DNA from: Acidobacteriota bacterium
GTDB taxonomy: Bacteria; Acidobacteriota; Terriglobia; Bryobacterales; Bryobacteraceae
Assembly (NCBI GenBank): GCA_018268875.1
Contig: JAFDVT010000643.1
Coordinates: 1 to 43,104 of the forward strand
Direction of reading: 5' to 3'
Length of the DNA: 43,104 nt
Below the pieces are notes generated by a model. It saw only the letters and a program-made list of their open reading frames with translations. It made no database searches and was not told the DNA's origin. Position numbers and translations under genes: made by a program. Positions 20,249-28,185 of this stretch are shown here, piece after piece (position 1 is the first letter of the stretch; every line of letters starts with the position of its first letter).

Positions 20249-20988
20249 AGATCGTCAGAGACACTGTTAAGCGCCTCCTCGAGCTCACTCCGTGGCGCAT
20301 CGTGCGTCGCGGTGACGGCCATCGCTTTCAGGCCATAGACGATCTGACGGGAAACTTGGCGAACTGCGGATTCAGGCCGTCGCGGATAGTCGACGGTGGC
20401 GCCAATGTGGCGACTTCACCCGCGCGCCGCGCCGCGTTTGGCCAAACTCTCACATTCACATCGTTGAGCCTCAACCCGGGTGTCGCCCGATGTTCCAGGC
20501 CATAGCGGGCTGCCCGAGGCTGCACGGTACACAAGGCCGCTCTGGGACGCGAGCGCGGCAAACTCAGCCTCGCGGCGATTGGATTGAGCACGTTCACCGC
20601 TGCCCGCGTTGTGGAAGACCGCGGTGCGAGTGACGACGGGACCATCGACGTCGCCGTGCTGGCGTTACGCGATATTCTGGAGAGCCCACCTGCACCCTTA
20701 GGTGCGACCTTCGTGAAGCCCGATCTTCAGGGCTACGAGCTGCGCGCGCTCGAAGGAGCCGGAGCCGCGCTCGCGGACCTCGACGTGTTCCCGACTGAGG
20801 CCTCATTCTACGCGCACGACTATGAGACCTCGATCGCTCGGCTCATCGCGTTCTTCGACCGCCACCGTTTTGAGCTTCACGATATCGGTTCGCTCTCGCC
20901 ACGTCGCCGCGATTGCCGCGCGCATCAGACAGATCTTCTGTTCGTACGACGCGAGTCTCGGTTTACGCGAGACCGGGCTTGGGACTGA
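20245..20988 (+). pseudogene. Frameshifted FkbM-family methyltransferase
   Basis: GTG 20245 is coupled to the upstream stop. The reading IVDGGANV breaks at ~20410, continues in another frame (DFTR...HIVEPQP) and returns near 20506 (VHKAALG...KPDLQGYELRALEGA...QTDLLF). In-frame TAG at 20503-20505. Confidence 0.8.
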
Positions 20989-21148
20989 GCCTTGCAAGCT
21001 GACTTAGACGTAGACGTGGGAAACGGCCGCTTGCCGCGAACGCAGCGCGGCCGCATCTCAGCACACTTCCCGTCCGAAAGGGCCCGTAGGCAACCATCGC
21101 GTGCAGAGTCTCTTGCGAGCTATACAACTAGTTGTGCTGGGCTGAGCG

Positions 21149-22294
21149 ATGGAGGTGGTTCACGTGATCGCCGGCTTGGATCCGCGCGACGGCGGCCCCA
21201 CTTACTCGGTGCCGAGCTTGTGTGCCGCACTCGGCCGAGTTGGCTGGTCGGCGCCGATCCTGACGGTCCGCAGCGAGGGCTGCAGCGACGGTCCCGGAGT
21301 GAGCACCTACCCCCAGGCCGCGGCAAGGGTACCTGTACTCGGCGCGCTGCGGCTCGCGCCGGGCCTGGGACGCGCCACCTTCTCGGCGGCGCGGCACGCC
21401 AGCGTGGTGCACTCCCATGGCATGTGGCTTATGCCTAACGTCCATGCCGGGCATGCGGCGAGGCGTGCCGGCAAACCCCTTGTGATCTCGCCGCGCGGCA
21501 TGGTCGCGGAGGCCGCGCTGCGTTTTTCGGCCCGACGCAAGCGGCTTTTCTGGCGCCTCCTTCAACGTGGCGCCTACGCCCATGCCGCTGCGTGGCACGC
21601 AACCAGCGCGCAGGAGGCCGACGAGATTCGCGCCTTCGGGATCGTTGCGCCGATCACCGTGATTCCCAACGGCGTTGACCTGCCTGAGGAGATGGCGTCG
21701 CATGACTCATCGCGTCCACGTCGCCGCCTTCTCTTCCTCTCGCGGCTGCACCCGAAGAAGGGCCTGCCGGTGCTCCTAGTTGCATGGAACGCGTTGGCGA
21801 CCGAGCGCCCCGAATGGGACCTCGTCATCGCGGGCGACGACGAAGGCGGCCACCGCGCCCAACTCGAAGCACAGGTTGCCGCAAACGCCATCCCCCGCGT
21901 CACCTTCGCAGGCCCGATCTACGGTGCCGCCAAGGATTCCATGCTGCGCGGCGCGGATCTGTTCGCCCTGCCCACGCTCAACGAGAACTTTGGTATTGCT
22001 GTGGCCGAGGCGCTCGCCACGGGCGTCCCCGCTGTCGTGACCACTGGCGCGCCGTGGGCGGGGCTTTCGACCGAGCGTTGCGGCTGGTGGATTGAGCAGG
22101 GTGCCGAGCCGCTGCTCGGTGCGCTACGCGAGGCCACCGACCTTTCACCGTCCGAGCGGCGCGCAATGGGGTTGCGCGGCCGGCAATGGATGGCGCGTGA
22201 CTTCGGTTGGGACGCGATCGGTGCGCAGATGGCCGCCGTGTACGAATGGCTGACCCGCGGCGCCACTCGGCCCGCCACGGTGCGGCTGGACTGA
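21149..22294 (+). CDS. Glycosyltransferase family 4
   Basis: GGPTYSV, SPRGM, LSRLHPKKGL and ENFGIAVAEALATGVP motifs. Confidence 0.92.
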   Translation: MEVVHVIAGLDPRDGGPTYSVPSLCAALGRVGWSAPILTVRSEGCSDGPGVSTYPQAAARVPVLGALRLAPGLGRATFSAARHASVVHSHGMWLMPNVHAGHAARRAGKPLVISPRGMVAEAALRFSARRKRLFWRLLQRGAYAHAAAWHATSAQEADEIRAFGIVAPITVIPNGVDLPEEMASHDSSRPRRRLLFLSRLHPKKGLPVLLVAWNALATERPEWDLVIAGDDEGGHRAQLEAQVAANAIPRVTFAGPIYGAAKDSMLRGADLFALPTLNENFGIAVAEALATGVPAVVTTGAPWAGLSTERCGWWIEQGAEPLLGALREATDLSPSERRAMGLRGRQWMARDFGWDAIGAQMAAVYEWLTRGATRPATVRLD

Positions 22295-22295
22295 C

Positions 22296-22856
22296 GTGAA
22301 CGCCTCGCTAGATATCGATGCTAACCGCCGCGCACGCAAATGGAGCAGTCAGGAGCTGCTTACTCGTGCGATCTGGGAGCTGCTCCGTGGGCCCCTATTC
22401 GCCTGGACCCCACGCCCTCTGTGGAGCTGGCGCTCCGCGGTGTTGCGATTCTTCGGCGCGTACATTGGCCGCGAGGTACGCCTCCATCCTTCCGTGCGAA
22501 TCGACGTGCCGTTCAACATATCGATTGGGGATTACACTGCGGTGGGTGATCGCGCGACCCTTTACGCTCTCGGCCCGATCACCATCGGTAGGCGGGTCAC
22601 GATCTCGCAGGGGGCGCACCTGTGCGCCGGCACCCATGATTTCCGACGCGCTACGATGCCGCTCGTCAAGTCGCGCATCACAATCGGGGACGAAGTATGG
22701 ATCTGCGCCGATGCCTTCGTCGGGCCCGACGTGACGGTGGGCGAACGTGCCATTGTAGGCGCACGGGCTGTCGCAGTTCGGGACGTTGTTGCGGAATCGA
22801 TCGTCGCGGGAAACCCGGCGCGGGTGGTTTCGTACCGCACCGTCGTCCAAGCCTAG
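22296..22856 (+). CDS. wcaF: WcaF-like hexapeptide-repeat O-acetyltransferase
   Basis: LRFFGAYIG, ISQGAHLCAGTHD, IGDEVWI and VAGNPAR left-handed beta-helix motifs. Confidence 0.85.
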   Translation: MNASLDIDANRRARKWSSQELLTRAIWELLRGPLFAWTPRPLWSWRSAVLRFFGAYIGREVRLHPSVRIDVPFNISIGDYTAVGDRATLYALGPITIGRRVTISQGAHLCAGTHDFRRATMPLVKSRITIGDEVWICADAFVGPDVTVGERAIVGARAVAVRDVVAESIVAGNPARVVSYRTVVQA

Positions 22857-22868
22857 CTAGCGATACGC

Positions 22869-23010
22869 GTGCCAGCGCCGAGCCGCCGGCGGACCGTGGT
22901 GATGTCGGCCTACAACGAGCAGGTCAACGTGCACGAGCGTCTTGAGCAACTGCGCTGCTTCGCACTGTACGATCGTCATTGAGAATGAGGCGACGCACCA
23001 CAGTCGGTAG
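22869..23010 (+). pseudogene. Remnant of a GT2 glycosyltransferase 5' end
   Basis: Reads VPAPSRRRTVVMSAYNEQVNVHERLEQL...(stop 22982); a shifted frame then gives TIVIENEATHHSR*. These match the GT2 motifs SVVIPAYNE and IIVVDNGSTD. Confidence 0.5.
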
Positions 23011-23114
23011 ATGGCCGAATCCGCCGGACGACCCTGATCGAATTCTATTCTCTAACCTTGCTGCGGCGCTGGTGGTCGGATGTCGCTGCGTGAACCCATG
23101 GGCCGTGGTCTTAA

Positions 23115-23951
23115 TTGTTCTCAGTCCTAGTCCTGACAAAGAACGAAGCAACCAACTTGGCGGCGTGTCTCGCGACCGTGGCGTGGTGCGATGACGTGGT
23201 CGTGCTCGATTCCTTCAGCACCGACGACACTGCGCAGATTGCCGCGGCGCACGGTGCACGAATCGTTCAACGGGAGTTCGACGACTTCGGCTCCCAGCGC
23301 AACTTCGCTCTCGAGAATATCGACTTTCGCCACGATTGGGTCTTTCATCTCGACGCCGACGAACGGTTTAACGATGCGCTACGCGTGGCGTGCGAGGAGG
23401 TCATCTCGCGGGACGAATTGAGCGCCTATTTCGTGCCCAACCGCGTCATCTTCTTGGGTCGCTGGATCCGGCGCAGTTCGCTGTACCCATTTCCGCAAGT
23501 TCGCCTCGTCAAGCGCGGTGAGCTCAACTTCGCAAAAGCGGGCCACGGCCAGAAAGAAGACCGGGCGGAGCGGGGTGTCGGGCATATCGTCGCACCCTAC
23601 GATCACTACAACTTCTCCAAGGGCGTTGCCGATTGGGTCGACAAGCACAATCGCTATTCATCGGAGGAGGCTCGTTACGCGATCGAGCTGCGCCGGCAGC
23701 CACTGCGGCTCAGTGAGTGTCTCGCTAGCGACGTGGTGCGGAGGCGGCGCGCCATGAAGCGAATTCAGGCTCGCCTGCCCATGCGCTGGGCGGTGAAGTT
23801 CGTGTACCTCTACTTCGTCCGATTCGGGTTACTCGACGGGTATCCAGGCTTGGCGTACTGTCTGCTCCATGGCTTCTACGAGCTGCTGATCGCGGTGAAA
23901 ATCCGCGAGCATTTATCGCAGGTGCGGCTCAGTGTTGGTCGGGATGCGTGA
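23115..23951 (+). CDS. Glycosyltransferase family 2 (beta-1,4-glucosyltransferase/LgtF-like)
   Basis: SVLVLTKNE, VLDSFSTDDT, FGSQRNFAL, LDADE, KHNRYS and GLLDGYPG motifs; TTG start. Confidence 0.9.
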   Translation: MFSVLVLTKNEATNLAACLATVAWCDDVVVLDSFSTDDTAQIAAAHGARIVQREFDDFGSQRNFALENIDFRHDWVFHLDADERFNDALRVACEEVISRDELSAYFVPNRVIFLGRWIRRSSLYPFPQVRLVKRGELNFAKAGHGQKEDRAERGVGHIVAPYDHYNFSKGVADWVDKHNRYSSEEARYAIELRRQPLRLSECLASDVVRRRRAMKRIQARLPMRWAVKFVYLYFVRFGLLDGYPGLAYCLLHGFYELLIAVKIREHLSQVRLSVGRDA

Positions 23952-24054
23952 GTTCGGGATGACTCGTAGCCATGTTGGATCAGCTTGCGAAGGAATATTG
24001 CGAGACCGCCGCGGGTAATGGGCGGCTTTTCGGATTGAGTGGTCGCGCAAAAAC

Positions 24055-24348
24055 GTGAGTGTCCCCACAACCATACTCTCGATGAAGGTGACGATACCCG
24101 AGACTGTACTCTCAACTGAACTCAATGACGAGGCGGTGCTTCTGAACTTGGAGAGTGGCACGTACTTCGCCTTGGATGCGGTCGGGCTCGACATGTGGCG
24201 CCTTCTGTGCAGTGGGGCAACACTGGAGTCAGCCTGCGACGAGCTCGTGGAGCAGTACGACGTTAGCAGGGACGTACTCGCGCGTGATCTTCGCGAGTTT
24301 GTGGCCGCCCTTGCGAAGCAGAGGCTAGTGGTGGTGCTTGATGAGTAG
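24055..24348 (+). CDS. PqqD-family RiPP recognition element (lasso B1/E protein)
   Basis: About 90 aa with EAVLLNLESGTYFALDAVG..MW..L and L..QYDVS...L.RDL..FV..L...LV, the PqqD/RRE pattern; alternative start ATG 24082. Confidence 0.88.
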   Translation: MSVPTTILSMKVTIPETVLSTELNDEAVLLNLESGTYFALDAVGLDMWRLLCSGATLESACDELVEQYDVSRDVLARDLREFVAALAKQRLVVVLDE

Positions 24349-24683
24349 GTGGATCAATCTTCGCGGCGTTACCGCTGGCAGACCATTTCCGGCTAGGCTG
24401 AGAAGAGGAATTGCCATCGAACTATGGCGAGTCGTCGGGGGGGTCGGGGAACTTCAAAGTGCAGATCTAAGTGGGCTGCGGAGGGGTAGCGCCCAGTGAA
24501 ACGCCTCGCAGCATCGAGCCCATTGGCCGATTCGGATGAGCGGATGAACTCGTAGAAGTTCATCACGAGCAATATCGCCGCTAGAGACCACGAATTCACA
24601 GCATCGGCAGAGTCTAAGGATTTCGCCGGAGCACACCCTGTTTGGGGCGCTGAAGGACTACTCAGTCAATACTTTCGCTCGGC

Positions 24684-25679
24684 ATGCACTCACTTGGACG
24701 GTACCAATACGGAGTTTATGGTATCTCCGTTAGGTGCGACTTTCCTTTGGCCCTTCCGTCCCGGGTCGGAGACGATTCGTTCGCAATCGAAGTTCGATTG
24801 GCTCCGCCAGAACGCTTCCAAAGGGCCATTCAGGGACTGGAGCTTAGCGCCGAGACGGGCTCTTGGTATCGTTTCGCTGCGCTCTCGGACGGCTCGAGCT
24901 ATGCCTCTTGGCCCGGTGTAGGCGAGTTCCTCGTAAGTGGGGATGGCAAGTTCATCGAATGTCACGCTCACCGCAGCGCGTCCTCAGAGTCCTTCCAGGT
25001 TTACACCCTGGGGCAGGCACTTTCCTTTGCGCTGGTGAAGCAAGGTTTTGAGCCGCTTCATGCCACCGTTGTCGTGATTGACGGCGAAGCAGTCGCGTTC
25101 CTCGGAGAAAGCGGCTTCGGAAAGTCGACCATGGCAGCATCGCTGCTCGCATCCGGCCATCGCTTGCTCACCGATGACCTGCTCATTCTGCGCAACACGG
25201 CAGGTGGTCTTCTTGCCTATCCGGGCCCGCCCCGCATTAAGGCGTTCCCGAAGATTGCCCGGAAGTTCCTCCGGGAGGAATCGGTCGGATTTCGTATGAA
25301 TCCGGACACCAAAAAGCTGATCATCCCGTTGAGCGGCGACCAGGTGTGCAATTCACCCGTGCCGTTAGTCGCCATCTATAGCATCGCCGCGCCATCGAGC
25401 GCGGCTGAAGAAGATGTTAGAATCGAGCCGCTTTCCCCCCGCGATTCATTCGTCGAGATGGTGCGTCACACATTCAACTGTCGGATAGTTAATCCAGCGC
25501 GGTTGAAACGACACTTTGTCGCCTATGCGGGGCTCGTCGGCAGTTCCGGGGTTCGAAAGCTTCACTATCCACGCCGGCTAGCCACAATTCGCACCATTCA
25601 TGAGCGGCTATTCGAGGACGTCTCGTCATGCAAAAACCACGTGAGAGAATGCGTCTCAGCGTTACGTGGTACGCCGTAA
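24684..25679 (+). CDS. HPr-kinase-like P-loop kinase (PadeK/ThcoK-like lasso peptide kinase candidate)
   Basis: LHA motif, Walker A GESGFGKST and LLTDD motif; lies between the RRE and the cyclase. Confidence 0.82.
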   Translation: MHSLGRYQYGVYGISVRCDFPLALPSRVGDDSFAIEVRLAPPERFQRAIQGLELSAETGSWYRFAALSDGSSYASWPGVGEFLVSGDGKFIECHAHRSASSESFQVYTLGQALSFALVKQGFEPLHATVVVIDGEAVAFLGESGFGKSTMAASLLASGHRLLTDDLLILRNTAGGLLAYPGPPRIKAFPKIARKFLREESVGFRMNPDTKKLIIPLSGDQVCNSPVPLVAIYSIAAPSSAAEEDVRIEPLSPRDSFVEMVRHTFNCRIVNPARLKRHFVAYAGLVGSSGVRKLHYPRRLATIRTIHERLFEDVSSCKNHVRECVSALRGTP

Positions 25680-25980
25680 GATTCGCGGTTGTTCGCTGGG
25701 AAACCGTAGATCAACACGTAAAACGCTTGCGCGACGTTCTGTTTCGAAGGTTGTCGTACGAGAGTGGGTTTTTTCCTCCGTAGATGAAACTCGGTATAGG
25801 CTTTCTACATGTCGACCGCTGCATGTGGAACTCACAGAGGGACATCCGCCCGAGCCGAGCCGACCACGCGATGTGCTTGATAAAATGCGGCGTAAGTCTG
25901 CACGCAGTGCAAGCTGATCTGATGGAGTCCTTTGGTATGCTGCTTGAATATCAAGTCATTGGCTTTAGTCCAAGTGGGGC

Positions 25981-27885
25981 ATGAGTGGCATCGTCGGCAT
26001 CTGGAACATGGACGGCAGGCGCGTTGATCCAGAACTCTTGGACAGGCTTGCTGAGGAGCAACGGCATCGTAACGCCGATGGCGAGGGCCTGTGGAGAGAT
26101 GACAGCATCGCCTTCAAGTTTCAGAATCGCTGGATAACCCGCGAGTCTCTCGGTGAAATTCAACCTCTCGTTAGATACGGTTCGGTCGTCATGTTCGACG
26201 GGCGGCTCGACAATCGCGAAGAACTATTCAATGCACTCGGCGAACAGGACCTAGCGGGAGGCGATTCGGATGCCGGATTCGTTGCCGCGGCTTATCGCCG
26301 GTATGGCGAAGAGTTTGCGGCGAAACTAGAAGGCGATTTCGCAATTGCTCTGTATGATCTCACGCAACAGAAGTTGATCCTTGCGCGCGATGGTATTGGA
26401 GTTCGCCCCCTCTACTACGCCCAGATCGGTCACAGCGTCCTGTTTGCGTCAGAGTGCAAATCAATTTTGGCGCATCCAGAGTGTTCACGAGCGCCAAATC
26501 GCGACATGGTCTCGGCCTACTGTCTCGCGTGCTTCGGCCAAGAGCGTGAAGGATGGACTTTCTATGAGGGGATATCGACGGTTCTCCCAGGGCAGATTCT
26601 AGTATTTGCTCCCGAAGGTATTCGGAAGCGAATCTATTGGGAGCTTGAGGCCGGAGAGTTCTTGAAGTTGGGAAACTACGATGAGTACGTCGAAGCTTTC
26701 CGCGAAGCATTTACACGCGCGGTAATGGTGAGGTTGCGCAGCGCGTTTCCCGTTGTTGTTTCGGTCAGCGGCGGGCTGGATTCATCGTCCATCCTTTGCA
26801 GCGCGGAGACCATTCGCCGACGAAGAAGGCTGCCTTGCCCCGATGTCCGCGGTGCGCACTTGCGGGTTGAGGAGACGGTACTTGGGGATGAGGATGAATA
26901 CGTGCGTTCCATCGAAGGGATGTACGAGATCAGCGTGGACCGCGTGTCACCCAGCGGCTCCGGTCTTATATCTGGGCCGGCTTTAGAAGGCTTAAGATGT
27001 ATTGAGGCCCCATATCTTCGAGGTTTTACTGATTTCGGCCATCCGTTAGCTTGCTCCGCGAGAAGCGTAGGTGCTCGCGTTGTTCTATCGGGATTCTTCG
27101 GCGACCAATTGCTCTCAAACCGCAGTTATCTGGTGGACCTTGTTCGACGCGCCCGATTTAGAACACTTTGGCAGCACGTCGGTACGCTCGAAGAGTATGA
27201 GTTAGGAAGCAAGTTTGACCTTTTGGAACAGGCACTGCATGAGACTTTGAGAGGTGCCTTGCCTCTCAGTTTCTGGAGGTTGCTGAGAAGGTTACGTGCG
27301 CAACTCCGGCGCGACCGCTCGTGGTTTACATCGGAGTCATGGCGTCGTGCGCGCCAAGCAGAAGCCATTCAGGAATTCGCCTATGCAGGAAGCGCGCACC
27401 AAAGGGGTCTCTATGCGATGGCACGTGCGATGTATTACGCGGCCGCGTTGGAGTGGACCAATAAGTATGATGCCTCTCACGATATTGAAACGTGTTATCC
27501 CTTCTACGACCGAAGACTAATAGCGCTTGTAATGTCCATCCCGGGAGAAATCGTTTCCCACCATGGCGTTCCCAAGGCGCTGCTGAGACGCGCCATGCAA
27601 GGTGTACTCCCCACGGCAATCGAAGAACGCTCGTCGAAGGGGGACGTGACCTACGAGTTCAACGAGGGAGTCGGCCAGTACCTAGATGATGAATGGGGTG
27701 GGGCGGAGCTTTCGGTCCGCCACGGCTTCTTGGACGAAAAACGTACTCGCGATTGGCTAGCTTCGGTCAGGAGCCGAGTTCACGAGGACGGTTGCGAGAA
27801 TAGCTGGCTTATCGCGGACGTTGTTGGGCTAGAACTCTGGCTGCAGTCAATTCAGGGCAGACATTTCCAACCACTCGGGGGCTAA
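25981..27885 (+). CDS. Lasso peptide cyclase (isopeptide-bond-forming, asparagine synthetase fold)
   Basis: Starts MSGIVG with no glutaminase Cys; DGRLDNREEL, RDGIGVRPLYY, SGGLDSSSI (ATP PP-loop), GFFGDQL and YPFYDRRL; immediately upstream of a lasso-type precursor. Confidence 0.87.
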   Translation: MSGIVGIWNMDGRRVDPELLDRLAEEQRHRNADGEGLWRDDSIAFKFQNRWITRESLGEIQPLVRYGSVVMFDGRLDNREELFNALGEQDLAGGDSDAGFVAAAYRRYGEEFAAKLEGDFAIALYDLTQQKLILARDGIGVRPLYYAQIGHSVLFASECKSILAHPECSRAPNRDMVSAYCLACFGQEREGWTFYEGISTVLPGQILVFAPEGIRKRIYWELEAGEFLKLGNYDEYVEAFREAFTRAVMVRLRSAFPVVVSVSGGLDSSSILCSAETIRRRRRLPCPDVRGAHLRVEETVLGDEDEYVRSIEGMYEISVDRVSPSGSGLISGPALEGLRCIEAPYLRGFTDFGHPLACSARSVGARVVLSGFFGDQLLSNRSYLVDLVRRARFRTLWQHVGTLEEYELGSKFDLLEQALHETLRGALPLSFWRLLRRLRAQLRRDRSWFTSESWRRARQAEAIQEFAYAGSAHQRGLYAMARAMYYAAALEWTNKYDASHDIETCYPFYDRRLIALVMSIPGEIVSHHGVPKALLRRAMQGVLPTAIEERSSKGDVTYEFNEGVGQYLDDEWGGAELSVRHGFLDEKRTRDWLASVRSRVHEDGCENSWLIADVVGLELWLQSIQGRHFQPLGG

Positions 27886-27892
27886 TTTCAAC

Positions 27893-28048
27893 ATGGCGAA
27901 GTCCAAACCAGAATCGACGGACCAGCGTGAGATGAAAGAATATCATCGCCCAACGGTTAAGGTTCTTGGCGATTTCTTGACGCTTACGAGGGGAGGCACT
28001 AAAAGCTCAAATGAGCGTGGTACGGGCAATCCCGGCACCAAGGTGTAG
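27893..28048 (+). CDS. Lasso peptide precursor (51 aa): MAKSKPESTDQREMKEYHRPTVKVLGDFLTLTR-GGTKSSNERGTGNPGTKV
   Basis: Hand-translated from ATG 27893 to TAG 28048. Leader motif YxxPxVxxxGxxxxxT with Thr at -2, Gly at core position 1, Glu at core position 8; 7 nt after the cyclase stop; alternative start ATG 27932. Confidence 0.88.
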   Translation: MAKSKPESTDQREMKEYHRPTVKVLGDFLTLTRGGTKSSNERGTGNPGTKV

Positions 28049-28185
28049 TACTTCCGGTCCCTTCTTACTACGGGGCGACCCACAGTCCTGTGAGCGCGCC
28101 AAATCGCGGTGACGTTCCGTCGGTGCGCGTTAGGACGGCGGCTGCCTGATCCCAGATGACGGTGCCAGGACCGATATTTTCTGAA

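Noticed and set aside
24055-24348. PQQ biosynthesis gene pqqD
   Set aside because: No pqqA/B/C/E or radical SAM gene nearby; the cyclase and lasso precursor context explains it as an RRE
24341-24499. 52-codon ORF overlapping the RRE stop, considered as an intact B2 peptidase or second precursor
   Set aside because: Too short, with no Cys/His catalytic motifs and no YxxP...T-x-G leader; at most a remnant
24684-25679. Housekeeping HPr kinase/phosphorylase (hprK)
   Set aside because: No PTS genes nearby, no recognisable HprK N-terminal domain or EIRGLG-type signature, and it sits in a RiPP context
25784-25984. 66-aa ORF coupled to the cyclase start (contains CLIKCGVSLHA)
   Set aside because: Only superficial resemblance to B2 motifs and no lasso leader pattern; cannot be supported as a gene
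28049-28185. Intrinsic terminator between the precursor and the nucleotidyltransferase
   Set aside because: Only short imperfect hairpins (e.g. CACAG-TC-CTGTG, CCGTC...GACGG) without a convincing adjacent U-tract
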